IMG/VR virus record: IMGVR_UViG_3300033067_002132
Location: 1 to 64,000 of that record
From: a virus
Taxonomy: Duplodnaviria; Caudoviricetes
Length of the DNA stretch: 64,000 nt
Strand: one strand, 5' to 3'
The translations under genes were made by a program, and so were the position numbers. Shown one piece after another: positions 48,819 to 60,037 of this stretch (position 1 is the first letter of the stretch; the number at the start of each line of letters is the position of its first letter). Below the pieces are notes generated by a model. It worked only from the letters and a program-made list of their open reading frames with translations, made no database searches and was not told the DNA's origin.

Positions 48819-49310
48819 ATGTTAAAAATTAATACTAACTCTATCGTTTCATGGGGAAAAGCTAAAAAAACTGCGAAAATTTTAGCAAAAAAGATCAAAG
48901 AATTATTTCCTGATTCTGCCGTTCATTCTGTTATCAAAATTAAAACTTTAGAAGGAGATCAGTCTATTTTATCTGCGGAAGATTATTTATGTTGTGGACC
49001 TTCGGGAGAATTTTGGCAACAAAAAGAAAAAAATATCGTAAAAGGATATAATTTATTAAAAGATCAAGGTATTTTATTTGGATGGAGTGTTTTTGAACCA
49101 AAACCCGACAAAGAAATTAATTATACCAAAATTTATTGTGACGAAAAGGGATTTTATATTCTTGGTCAATGGGGCGAAAAAACCGATGAAGGATTAGTCC
49201 AAAAGGGTGTTTCCGGGGATTATATTGCACAACGTCCCGATGATCCAAGTGACGTTTGGATTATTAAAGAAGGAATTTTTAATAATACTTATCAGATTCT
49301 TTCAAACTAA
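48819..49310 (+). CDS. PGDYG-like protein
   Basis: IKTLEG...DYLC.G..GE.W and G..GDYIA repeats. Confidence 0.55.
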   Translation: MLKINTNSIVSWGKAKKTAKILAKKIKELFPDSAVHSVIKIKTLEGDQSILSAEDYLCCGPSGEFWQQKEKNIVKGYNLLKDQGILFGWSVFEPKPDKEINYTKIYCDEKGFYILGQWGEKTDEGLVQKGVSGDYIAQRPDDPSDVWIIKEGIFNNTYQILSN

Positions 49311-49360
49311 TTGACTAAATCACAAAAAACTGTAAGATTGTTGGTGACGGAGAACAAAAT

Positions 49361-49987
49361 ATGAATAAAATTAAAAATACACTAATGGCGATCATGGCTT
49401 TATTTCTTTCCATGATTTTTTCACCTACCTTCGCTGAAACCTATGGAGCATTTGAATATGGAAAGTATTTTAATACTTCGGGGGTCAATTCGACCCATTG
49501 GTATTGGGTTCCTGCTTATGATCCGGTAATTAAAGTTTATAAAATTACTGGGACCGGAGCAAATAGGAAAGCAGAATTTCAACCGGGCGGAATGAATACT
49601 CAATTCGACTCTGGATTTACCTATGTTGTCCGATTCTTATTTAATAAAGGATATGCGGTCCCGATTATGTATGATGGTAGCCCAAATTATCAACCACAAG
49701 CAGCATTTAATGTAAAGGCTTATATTTCGGGAAAATGGATTACTCAATTACAACCAACTCCTACTGGTCCCTGGGGCGGAATTACAGGTGGAAAGTATAA
49801 AACTTTCGGCCAGGATTATAAGGTCGGAATTATTAATGGATATTTATATGCCGCAATGGTAACTAAATATGAAACGGAAGCTAGATCCTTAACTTATGAA
49901 CAAATTGAGGCGGGATTTGAATCTATTCTATCGATAGAAAGAATATTAATATTAGTGAAATCTAATTCAAAAGGAATTTTAGTATAG
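49361..49987 (+). CDS. Secreted hypothetical protein, C-terminus possibly chimeric
   Basis: Signal peptide; paralog of 48255; overlaps the convergent endonuclease gene by 94 nt. Confidence 0.55.
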   Translation: MNKIKNTLMAIMALFLSMIFSPTFAETYGAFEYGKYFNTSGVNSTHWYWVPAYDPVIKVYKITGTGANRKAEFQPGGMNTQFDSGFTYVVRFLFNKGYAVPIMYDGSPNYQPQAAFNVKAYISGKWITQLQPTPTGPWGGITGGKYKTFGQDYKVGIINGYLYAAMVTKYETEARSLTYEQIEAGFESILSIERILILVKSNSKGILV

Positions 49988-50712
49988 TAACATTTACCAT
50001 CTTGGTTTAAATATAAATTATATAAGTCTTCAATTTTTAAATCAAAGTTTATACCTCTTTTTTTAGCTGCCTCTTTTGTTTTTTTAAATTTATATTGAAT
50101 AATATTATTTATTTCGGGCGATATTTTATATTTGTAACTGTACAAAATCCTTTCATTATTTCTTGTACATTCTTTACAGACCCTACCATAAAAGAACTTT
50201 AATTCTAATATTTGTCGGCAATTAGAACAGAAACGTTTATTATCTTTTAATAAAGATTTATTTAGAATTCTAATTCTAGTAATTGATGGAATAATTCCTG
50301 CTTTTTCAATAATTTCTCCAATTGATGTATCACATCTACCTGTTATTTTTTCAATTTTATTAAAAGTAAATCCCCTTTTATATAAATCAATAATATTATT
50401 TTTTTCTTCTTCGGTAATAATTGTTTTATTTTTTGAATGCCAATTAAATTTTTGCGCGACTGTTAAAACATTATAATCTGGTTGATTAAAGATTTCTCCT
50501 ATTTCTTTATATGTCTTTCCTTCGTCTAGTAGATTTTTAATTTCTTTTTCTTTGCCATCAAACCATAATTTTTCTTTGTTAATCTTAAGGTTATATTTTT
50601 TCAAAATATGAAAAACTTTCATATATTTAACTTTTTCTGGCAAAAGATTAATTATTTCTTTAATACTTAATCCTTTATTATGTAATTCTAGAATAGAATT
50701 TTCTATAGTCAT
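49894..50712 (-). pseudogene. HTH + HNH-like endonuclease, apparently truncated
   Basis: QDGKCYYT...SIDRIDSN then an abrupt end; the usual GY..N...N.MK half of the motif is missing. Confidence 0.6.
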
Positions 50713-51380
50713 TTGTATATAATTACACATAAAAATCCCAAATGACTAAAAATATTTCTATTTGACTTTTCGTAAAATACGTTTATAATTATCTTTGACG
50801 CTAGAAAATGTAATAGAACCTTTAATGATAAATTAATGAGCGAAATTTGTTTGAGCGTTTATAAAAATGCTATTGACGAATTCTCTAAAAAGAGTTATCT
50901 TGAATAATATGAAATCAATGCTTTCTACTTCAAATTCTTTAGATAATTTAATTTATAAATGTATTCGTCATCGAGTTCATACTGTAGATCCTAATAGATT
51001 TTCTAATGCGGATGGATATCATCTATATGGAATTCCTACCTTTTATTCTGATCTACTTGTTTATGTTGATCCGTTTTTATTTGATTTACATGCACATGAT
51101 ACCGGGCGTATTCTACGATTATATATTTTAAATAAAGAGACAAAGACGCATTTAACGGTAATTAATATGCCGTTTTGGTATAGTAGTAAATATTGTTTTA
51201 ATGAAGGTACTTGGCTAGAAGGAAAATGGGACGCCGAATTAGGAAAAGTAGTTAATATGTTAACTCGCGCCGTTATTGATAAAGAATTAGAAATCGAGGC
51301 TCAAGATCGAGAGAGAGCGCGAAAAGCTCAAGAATTAGAAAAGATGAAAATTGCCGAATTTGAGAAATTATTTGTATGAA

Positions 51381-52028
51381 TTAAATTTGATAATCTATAA
51401 TAATTTTATTTCCTTTTTTTATATTTTCTTTTCCCCATAAAGGTTGTAAATTAGTATAATGAAAACATTTTCTTTGATTTTCTTCTTGTGTTAAATCAAA
51501 AGAACTACAGGGTAAAATATGGTCTATATGCCATTCTCCATAATTATCCCAATTCATATTTGGCAGCCAAAGACTTTCTAAATATTTAACTAAAAATTCA
51601 AAAGAACAACCAATTAATGTTTCTGTTGTAAATAATTTATCTCTATTTTTTAAAGCATATCTTAATCTTCCCCTTAATGAACAAGCAATTCTATTTTGTG
51701 GTAACAAGCGCCAATTATTTCTTTGAATTCTTATTTTTATTTTTACCGATTCTAAACGTCTTCGTTCATTATTTTTTGGACCTCTTATATGTTTATTTTT
51801 TTGCCAATATCTTTTTCGATCTTCTTTTGCTTGTTCTGTTTTAGAATATTCTTTTCCTTTTAATAATTCTGTTTCTCTATTCTTTAAATACCAATTTCTT
51901 CTGACAATTTTTTGACAAGATCTACAATGATTGTGAAATCCATAAAGCCCCGTTATACATTTATTGAAGTCTTTAAATTCTTTAAAATTGTGACAAAAAT
52001 AACATTCTTTTGTTTTGACATCTTCCAT
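51381..52028 (-). CDS. HNH-like homing endonuclease
   Basis: MNWDNYGEWHIDHILPC..FDL...CFHYTNLQPLW; paralog of 40878. Confidence 0.85.
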   Translation of the reverse strand: MEDVKTKECYFCHNFKEFKDFNKCITGLYGFHNHCRSCQKIVRRNWYLKNRETELLKGKEYSKTEQAKEDRKRYWQKNKHIRGPKNNERRRLESVKIKIRIQRNNWRLLPQNRIACSLRGRLRYALKNRDKLFTTETLIGCSFEFLVKYLESLWLPNMNWDNYGEWHIDHILPCSSFDLTQEENQRKCFHYTNLQPLWGKENIKKGNKIIIDYQI

Positions 52029-52071
52029 AATATGGATTACACTAAGAAAGTGACATTATAGAAGATTATTT

Positions 52072-52647
52072 ATGAATAATACGAATTTAAGAGAAAAAGC
52101 TATTACTTTTTTTAGACAAGCCTATGATTCTGTAAATTTGAAAAGAAAATATACAGGAGTTAATTATTGGACACATACGGAAAATGTCGCGAATTTAGTA
52201 TCAAAAATCTTTAAAGATAATGATAATATGTATATTGCGGCTTTAGCTCACGATTATGAAGAGGAAGTTTCTATTAAAAATAAAGATTATTCTAGACAAA
52301 AGGTTACGGAAAACTTTGGTAAAAGGGTTACATATTTAATGGTAGAATTAACCGACGTATATACTCACGAAGCTTTTCCGATGTTTAATCGAGAGCAACG
52401 TAAGAAATTAGAAGCGGCGCGAATTTCTTGCATTAGTAATGATGCGAAAAATATCAAACTTTGTGATATTATCGATAATACGAAGGATATTGTAGAAAAT
52501 GATAAAGATTTCGCCGTCGTTTATTTAACTGAAAAATGGCAATTACTTAAAGCTTTATTTCGTGGATCAAATAAAAGACTGTGGTGTTTAGCGGTTATTA
52601 CTTTTATTAAAGCAAAATTAGAATTATTACAAGAAAATTATGAGTAA
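52072..52647 (+). CDS. HD-domain (SpoT/Mesh1-like) hydrolase
   Basis: RKYTG..Y.TH, AALAHDYEE, LTD, IKLCDIIDN. Confidence 0.8.
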   Translation: MNNTNLREKAITFFRQAYDSVNLKRKYTGVNYWTHTENVANLVSKIFKDNDNMYIAALAHDYEEEVSIKNKDYSRQKVTENFGKRVTYLMVELTDVYTHEAFPMFNREQRKKLEAARISCISNDAKNIKLCDIIDNTKDIVENDKDFAVVYLTEKWQLLKALFRGSNKRLWCLAVITFIKAKLELLQENYE

Positions 52648-53108
52648 TCCAGTAAAATTACAAATTAATAGTTTAGAGGCGTTAGAGCGTTTAATTGGCG
52701 GCGACAGTCAATTAGAAGTTGAATTACGTAATTCTGTTGTACAGGAATTTACTAATAGACATTTAAAAGGCGTTGCTAATCAAATTAATACGAGTCAAAT
52801 TATTAAAAATATAGAAGAATCAATTAAACAATATATTACCGCACATTTCGGAACATTAGATAAAGATATTTATGGACGGTATATTAATTCAGTTACTTTA
52901 AATGGAGTAGTAAAAGAAGCAATTACTAAACATATTCAAGAAGTTTTTCCTGTAATTATTAAAGATGCAGTACAAAACGCCGTTAAATCTTTTCTAGAAA
53001 AGAATAATATCGAAGGTTTAATTCGCGTTCAATTTTCGATGTTAACTAAAGAATTTATTAAAAAAGCCGTTACAGATAAATTTCAAGAAATTACGAAGGA
53101 ATTAAATA

Positions 53109-53444
53109 ATGAGTAAATCTTTAACATTTAAAAAGTTTAGCGCGGCTGTCCGTATTCGCGGAAAGATTTTTGAAGAAAAAATTTTTAAAACTGGTCCTTG
53201 GACAGAATCAGATTACGGTTGCGCTTTAGGTGGTGAAGTTGGCGAATTACAAAACTTTATCAAAAAGCGCCGCCGAATTAATTATAAAGGTAATAAGTAT
53301 AAAAAAGAATGTAAGCATGAAATCGCCGATGTTCTTATTTATTTAGATACCGTTGCAAATAGTTTAGGTTTTACCTTAGAAGAATGCGTTATCGAAAAAT
53401 TTAATTTGACTTCTAAGAAAAATAAAATTAATATCTTTCTATAA
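53109..53444 (+). CDS. MazG-like nucleotide pyrophosphohydrolase
   Basis: GEVGEL...K...EIADVLIY...KFN. Confidence 0.8.
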   Translation: MSKSLTFKKFSAAVRIRGKIFEEKIFKTGPWTESDYGCALGGEVGELQNFIKKRRRINYKGNKYKKECKHEIADVLIYLDTVANSLGFTLEECVIEKFNLTSKKNKINIFL

Positions 53445-54430
53445 TGCGCAAGAATATAGTAATTATTTCTGTCTGGCTGGATACTCAAGAAAAAATTCTT
53501 GATGCTATCCAGCTAGTTTCTACTATAAAGAAACATTTTCCTGTTTGTCTTTATTCTCATTATCCTATTCCTGATATCGTTCAAAAAATGGCGGATTTTT
53601 CTATTTACGATAAGGAAAACGTTATCAGTAAAGAAAGCGATTTTGATGATATCGATCCCGGATTAATACCGTATTATTACGCTATTTATCCTGGATATAA
53701 GTATATTAATTCTTCTGCTAGCGGCCCTATAGTTGCTTGTTTAGCACAGACTATGCGCCCGCTTCCTATTTTAAAAATATCTGGATATACTCATTTTTTC
53801 TTTTTAGAAGGAGATCATTTGATTTCAGAAAAAGATATGAGTGTCTTTTATGATTTTATTAATCGCGGTAAAAAAGGAACTTTTATTAAATACAGCCCGA
53901 TTATGATTTCGGAGCCATTTTATTATTGTGAAATAGATTTCTTTTTAAATAACGTACCGATAATTAATACAATAGAAGAATTTAAAGACATAGTAAAAAG
54001 ACAACAAACTTTCTTGCTTGGATCTATTATTTTACATGGATTAGAAAAAGGCGGGCTAAATAATATCAATTTTATTGATTGTCACGATAACCATGATATA
54101 TTTCCTAACAGTATTTTAAATAAGTATCTTAGATCGCGCCCATATAATTATATTTTTGATGTTGTTCGCGACCACGATTCTTCTGATATTTATTTTTGTG
54201 TTGATGTAAATGATCAAAGTGGAATAGGAATTAAGTTTAAAATCGCCAGTGATTTATATAATGAAGAAATAATCACGAAAGAGAATAAATTTCTTTTTAA
54301 AAAGATTCCTTGCGATTCTTTTGTTTTTATTGAAATTTTTAATCAAAAAAATGAGAAAATAGAAGAAAAATTATATAGAAAACAAGAAGTGTTAAATACT
54401 CAAAGAAAATATATACAAATTCTGTCTTGA
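53444..54430 (+). CDS. Glycosyltransferase-like hypothetical protein
   Basis: SHYPIP, FLEGD; paralog of 12825. Confidence 0.45.
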   Translation: MRKNIVIISVWLDTQEKILDAIQLVSTIKKHFPVCLYSHYPIPDIVQKMADFSIYDKENVISKESDFDDIDPGLIPYYYAIYPGYKYINSSASGPIVACLAQTMRPLPILKISGYTHFFFLEGDHLISEKDMSVFYDFINRGKKGTFIKYSPIMISEPFYYCEIDFFLNNVPIINTIEEFKDIVKRQQTFLLGSIILHGLEKGGLNNINFIDCHDNHDIFPNSILNKYLRSRPYNYIFDVVRDHDSSDIYFCVDVNDQSGIGIKFKIASDLYNEEIITKENKFLFKKIPCDSFVFIEIFNQKNEKIEEKLYRKQEVLNTQRKYIQILS

Positions 54431-54463
54431 CGAAAAATCCGTTAGATGGTAAGGTTTTAACGA

Positions 54464-55432
54464 ATGAGCAATTATTTTCCTAATATCATTGGTCAAGAGC
54501 CCGCCGTTGGACAATTGACATTTTTTCTAAATAATTATCAAAAGCACCATATTTTTCCTAATCTTTTAATCACGGGAAGTCGTGGTTATGGAAAAACCGC
54601 GATGGTACGAACTATTTCTCAAAACTTATGGAATCAAGAGGATACAGCGCATAAAAAATATGTAGAAATTACAGGCGCTGATTTTCAAAAAGGAAAAGCT
54701 CTTGAATCATTTATTGAAAACGTAATCGAACCTTATACGGTCGGAAATCAAGAATGTACTTTATTTTTTGATGAAATTCATTTGGCCGATCCAACTGTAT
54801 TAAATTGGCTATTGCACGTTTGCGAAATTAATTCTGATAATACAACTCGTAATACCTATAAGGATCGCGAATTTAATTTTGATTTTAGATATTTTACCTT
54901 TCTTTCTGCGACCACGAATCCAGAAAAACTATCTAAACCGTTAATTTCACGTTTGGAACGTATTGATTTGCAGCCATATAGTTTACAAAATTTGGCGGAC
55001 ATTTTAGTTAAACATACTAAAGATAAATTAGTATATAAAGAAAATGTTGCGACCGATATTGTTAAATCAATGCGCGGCAATCCGCGATATGTTGTGAGTT
55101 TTCTTTCTCGAAAACTATTACCCTACGTTGCAGATAAAAAAGAATTTACTCCTAACGATTGGACTGATTTAAAGAAACAGTTATCTATTCATCCTCTTGG
55201 GTTGCATAGTAACGAAATTCAATTACTTAAGTTTTTACATAAACGCCAATCTGCCACGCTTACCGAAATCGCATGTTTTCTAGGATTAGATTCTGGAACA
55301 GTGCGGCGTGACTGTGAAAGCTTTCTCCTTTCGAATTATTTAATTAGAATTGACGGAAAAAGATATATTACTGGCAAGGGTACAGAATTAATCGAAGCTC
55401 TTGACAAAACGGAAAAAGCACCTACTATTTAA
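54464..55432 (+). CDS. RuvB-like AAA+ ATPase
   Basis: IIGQ, GSRGYGKT, FFDEIH, ATT, RGNPR, C-terminal wHTH. Confidence 0.8.
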   Translation: MSNYFPNIIGQEPAVGQLTFFLNNYQKHHIFPNLLITGSRGYGKTAMVRTISQNLWNQEDTAHKKYVEITGADFQKGKALESFIENVIEPYTVGNQECTLFFDEIHLADPTVLNWLLHVCEINSDNTTRNTYKDREFNFDFRYFTFLSATTNPEKLSKPLISRLERIDLQPYSLQNLADILVKHTKDKLVYKENVATDIVKSMRGNPRYVVSFLSRKLLPYVADKKEFTPNDWTDLKKQLSIHPLGLHSNEIQLLKFLHKRQSATLTEIACFLGLDSGTVRRDCESFLLSNYLIRIDGKRYITGKGTELIEALDKTEKAPTI

Positions 55433-55934
55433 TTTATGGCATCACATCAACCTAAATTTATTACCGTTAAATTGTCCGATTTAACGAAGATGTTTAATGG
55501 AGATATGGTTATTCCTGTTGGTCGTAAATTTGCAGAAAATATGTTTTTACGCGAAAGTCAACCTGTACATATTTCGCAAACAGAACTAAAAAATACAAAT
55601 GCGCCCGCGCCAAAACCGACGATTAGAGTTATTGAAAATTTAGAAGACGCAAACGACGAATAAAATGAGAAAAATTGAATTAAAGTTTATCTGGTTAGAA
55701 GAAGGTGAAGAACAAAGCGATTTAGATTATATTATTTCTTTGATCGGGAATAGATTTACTGTACTTAATTCGTTTCCGGATGTTTTTCATAATGGATACA
55801 TCTATATCAAAAGCAATGAATCATTAGAAGAAATTAATAATTTTTTTAATGGTGATAAACGTTTTAGTAATTTTGCCGGATCGAAAGTTCTTAATAAACT
55901 CTAGAAAAACGAGCAGAAAAGTGTATAATATTGC

Positions 55935-56282
55935 ATGAGAAAATTCTTTTTATCGTTATCTTTTTGTGCGCTTTCTGCTTTAATTCTTATTAAGGCTTTG
56001 GCGATTCCATATCAACCATTGAGATTTAGTTGGGATAAATCAGTAGGTGCCGTAGCATATAGATTATATTACGGAACTAATTCAGGTCAATATAGTAATA
56101 GTATTAGTGTCGGCGATACTAATATCGCTGACGTTCCTAATCCAATAGGCGGAACTACTAATTATTTTGTTGTAACCGCTCTTAATCCTGCGGGTATCGA
56201 AAGCGGTCCATCTGTAGAATTAGCCGTTTCTTTAGATTGGCCTATTCCTCCTGCCCCTGTTAACTTTCGTCGCATTCCCTAA
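55935..56282 (+). CDS. Secreted fibronectin type III protein
   Basis: WD....YRLYYGTNSGQY...VG...YFVVTA.N..GIES..S. Confidence 0.8.
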   Translation: MRKFFLSLSFCALSALILIKALAIPYQPLRFSWDKSVGAVAYRLYYGTNSGQYSNSISVGDTNIADVPNPIGGTTNYFVVTALNPAGIESGPSVELAVSLDWPIPPAPVNFRRIP

Positions 56283-56629
56283 TGAAAAAAATACTATTTA
56301 GTTTTTTAGGTTCTATTGCTATCTTCGGGGCTTTATCCCAAATTTGGGTAGCCCCTGTAGATTTAAATAAAAATGGTCTTTATATTCATTTTAATGCTAC
56401 GAATGGTTATTATTCCTTTGAATATTCAAAGGATTTGACAAATTGGCAAAAAATAGGATACACTTTTATCTCAGTCGGCGAAACAAACGGTTTTAACTTT
56501 ATTAACACAGATTTCTCTAAAAATTCTAGTGCTTTTTATAAATTAAAATCAATTACCAAAGATGAATATATCTCTGTTTGGACAAACATTTGGAAATTAA
56601 ATTGGTCAACTAATAACTTTTTAAATTAA
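56282..56629 (+). CDS. Secreted small beta protein
   Basis: Signal peptide; Y.FEYS.DLTNW...FY motif. Confidence 0.55.
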   Translation: MKKILFSFLGSIAIFGALSQIWVAPVDLNKNGLYIHFNATNGYYSFEYSKDLTNWQKIGYTFISVGETNGFNFINTDFSKNSSAFYKLKSITKDEYISVWTNIWKLNWSTNNFLN

Positions 56630-56633
56630 AAAT

Positions 56634-57050
56634 ATGAATACATTCTATATTCAAGTAAATCGAAATCCTAATGCGCTCGCCTCTCTTAAGGCGATTTTTA
56701 ATCAATATGGCGTTATTTATACTGATCGCCAATTAACCCCGCCTAAATATATTTATGTTAGTTATACGGGTAATGGGAGTTATTATGCACGAAATCAAAA
56801 TCTTGTGTCGGGAGTTTTTGTTTATGATGCTCTGCAAGATCTCGGGTCAATCGTAGATATTTTTGCGAATAAAATTGCAAAGAATATTAAATTCGATCTT
56901 ACTTATCGTAAATCGGATGGTACGGTTGATGATTATCAAATTCTTGATATTCAAGAGTCGGATAGTGAGCGCATTATTGCGAATGTTTTTAATCGAGGAA
57001 TTCGTCATTTTAAATGGTCTGGAATTCGTTCTTTAACCGCAGTAAAGTAA
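56634..57050 (+). CDS. Hypothetical protein with WYL-like C-terminus
   Basis: LTYRKSDG...RGIRHFKWSGI. Confidence 0.4.
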   Translation: MNTFYIQVNRNPNALASLKAIFNQYGVIYTDRQLTPPKYIYVSYTGNGSYYARNQNLVSGVFVYDALQDLGSIVDIFANKIAKNIKFDLTYRKSDGTVDDYQILDIQESDSERIIANVFNRGIRHFKWSGIRSLTAVK

Positions 57051-57080
57051 AGTCTTGACTACGATAAGTCTTTGATAGAG

Positions 57081-57115
57081 AATGGTTAACGTAGAAAGGC
57101 GTTAACCATTTTTTA
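57081..57115 (+). terminator. Intrinsic terminator
   Basis: AATGGTTAACG/CGTTAACCATT + T tract. Confidence 0.7.
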
Positions 57116-57229
57116 TGATGTTAATAATTACATTGATTGTTGGTGTTTTAATAGGGATATTTAAAATCAGTAAAAGAAAAATTGACAAGAACGCAAAATC
57201 GGATTAAGGTTATCTCAAGTAAATAACAT

Positions 57230-57631
57230 ATGAACAAAAATACTAAGCAACGTTTCAAGGCGGCACAAAAAGAGGGTCAAAGCGTCAATATGACGATTCG
57301 AAAGACCTATAAGGGCGCGAGTAAAGGACAGTATCGCGAGGTTCCGGTAACTATCCATATCGCCAAGCCTGACGGAAGTGGAGTAATTTCCGAAAATTCT
57401 AAGCGAAATATGCGGATGCGAGTTCTGCATAATAAGGGCGCGGGTAAGGATGGTAATGGATCGCTCACGGTTCACGAACCGATTCACAAGGATCTTCCTT
57501 GCAATCCTCTAAAGCACAAGAATTATGGAAAGAATCGCGCCGAACTGATGCAAGAAGCGGCGGAAGGTGGCGGTGATGGCGGCGGAACATTTGTTAAAAT
57601 TCCGCGAAAACCTACCGTGAAGACCGTTTGA
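57230..57631 (+). CDS. Basic hypothetical protein
   Basis: Has its own promoter and terminator. Confidence 0.6.
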   Translation: MNKNTKQRFKAAQKEGQSVNMTIRKTYKGASKGQYREVPVTIHIAKPDGSGVISENSKRNMRMRVLHNKGAGKDGNGSLTVHEPIHKDLPCNPLKHKNYGKNRAELMQEAAEGGGDGGGTFVKIPRKPTVKTV

Positions 57632-57658
57632 TAAACACAATGGCCTCCGGTCATTTGA

Positions 57659-57689
57659 GGGGAGGCGAAAGCCTCCCCATTTTTCTTTT
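57659..57689 (+). terminator. Intrinsic terminator
   Basis: GGGGAGGC-GAAA-GCCTCCCC + T tract. Confidence 0.8.
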
Positions 57690-60037
57690 ATGAAACTTAC
57701 ATTTATTTATGCGGTGTTTATTACTCTCGTTCTTCTTTATACTTTTATTGGATGTTCTGATCCTAAATCCGCAATTAAAACTTTAGAAAGTAGCGGATAT
57801 ACTAATATCGTAATTACCGGATCTCGTCCATTCGCTAAAGGAAGTGATGATTTTTATTCCACTGGATTTAAAGCAAATTCTATTAATGGTACTTCTGTTT
57901 CCGGTTCCGTTACTAAAGGATTCTTTAAAGGATCAACAATTCGATTAGATTAATGTATGGAAGAACAAATTTCACTTGCTCTAAAACGTTTTCATCTAGA
58001 AATAGAAGTAAATAGTAATGTTATTACATTGTTAGATAAACAAAAAGAAATTACTTTAGGATTTTTTAAAAACAACGAGGAATTATTTTCATTTCTTTGT
58101 GGATATGAAAAAGGATTTTCCGCGGGGCAATGGGATATGTTTAATCGTTAATTATGAATATTGAAACTTTAAAGCGAGCCACACAATTAACTAAAGAATT
58201 AAAAGAAATTACTGAAAATGAAGAATTAAAAGACAAGTTATCTTTATTTTCAATGGATTACCATTCGGCTTTAAGTAATATTTCAGAAGTTAATATTTCA
58301 GATAATTCTATTTCTTTTCTTGCTTCAGGATATGCGAGAGGTTATTTTGAAAATGAATTTACAGTAACTTGGGATTTCTTAGATAATCCAAATAAATATA
58401 TCCAAAAAAAGAGACTAGAAGCTTTAGAAAAAGCAGAAAAAGAAGAGGAAGAACGCAAGAAAAAGTTAGAAGAACGAGAGCGCCAAAAACTTAAAGAATT
58501 AAAAGAAAAATATGAATCCACCCAATTGTTACGAATGTAAATATATTAAATCTATTCCTGGCGACGCGCACGTTTCTTGCATTCATCCTAAAATTGGCGG
58601 AGATAATATTTCCGCATTATTTCTTGCTCTTTTATTTCCCGATAAGTTCACGAAAAGATTAAATGTTACGGGAAATGAACATGGAATTAGAAAAGGATGG
58701 TTTGCGTGGCCTGTTAATTTCGATCCGGTCTGGTTAGAAACCTGCGATGGGTTTGAAAAGAAAGGAGAATAAATAAAAATATGCTTGTATTAAACTCAAG
58801 CCTTGGTTATAATTCTGTCGTTAGTCTTGCGGTAAGTATTGCAATCAGTCTGTCATAAATCGGCGCACGTCCAATTATTAAGGTATAACCCCAAAAATTA
58901 TCGGAGCCGTAAAAGAGCAATTAGTCAATCAGTTAGTCAAGCGGTAATTCGGAAAAATAACCTAAATTAACGAGAGAAGAATTAAGGTTCTTCTCTCACT
59001 TATAATATATGGAATATAAAGATTTAGCAAATAAAGAAATTAAAGTCGGCGATTTCATCATTTATTCTGCTCTATGTTGTCGATCATCGGTACTTAAATA
59101 TGGGCGAGTTGTAGAATTAGGAATACGAAAAGATACATATGATGAAAAAAATTTGGGTTGGCCAACTTTAAAAGTAATTAGCGCAGATAGAATGAATTAT
59201 TGGAATCGCGAAAAAGAAGAAGATGAATCGAAATGGGAAATCCAAGCTAATGGCCGAATTATTACTTTAGGTTTTGTTAATCGTTGTTTAGTTATTCCTA
59301 TTGAATGCGTTCCTGTAGAAGTTCAAAATCTTTTAAAATGAAACCGTTGTTAAATTACTTTTGTAAAAATGGAATTCCTATTGATTTAGAATTCAAAATT
59401 GGACTATTAAAATTTGTCCAAAAAGGTACATTACAATTAGAAAAAGAAAATCATTTTAAATTTACTAATTCTAACGGTGATAATAAGGTTTCTTTTAATT
59501 TAGCACAAGTAATTTCTATTGCAGAAGATCGCCCCCATATTATCGTTAAAACATGAAAATTTTTCATTGTATTCTTTTAGGTTTTTTTATTATTTTAACG
59601 ACAATTACTTTTGCATTAGGAAGTTTATTCTTTTTTATCGACGGATTTTATTTTATTTCTATTGTTTTTTACTTAATAACTATAGGATTAGGATTTAATG
59701 TACATAAATTTTTTAGAAAATTAATTGACTAATGAAAATTACTAATATTTTAGCAAAAGACGGGTCATATCAAATTTTTAAAGGCGGGCAAATAACCATT
59801 TCTTATCCAACAAATAGTAATGGAGCTAGAGTTAATTTATCTAATGGGCAAGAATTAGAAGAATTATTAATTTTAAATCCTATGTTTAATTTTCTTAATG
59901 ATTCAATTGATCCTAAAACTATTCAAATTCATGGATTTGTTTATGATCAATGTCAAGGAAATTTTCATTCGGTTAGAATTTGGTGCCGATATGATTAAAT
60001 CCTTGCCAATTAGTAAAATCTTTGTTAGGCTAGAGAA

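Noticed and set aside
58781-59000. Possible ncRNA in a 220-nt gap
   Set aside because: Only weak pairings and one hairpin; insufficient support.
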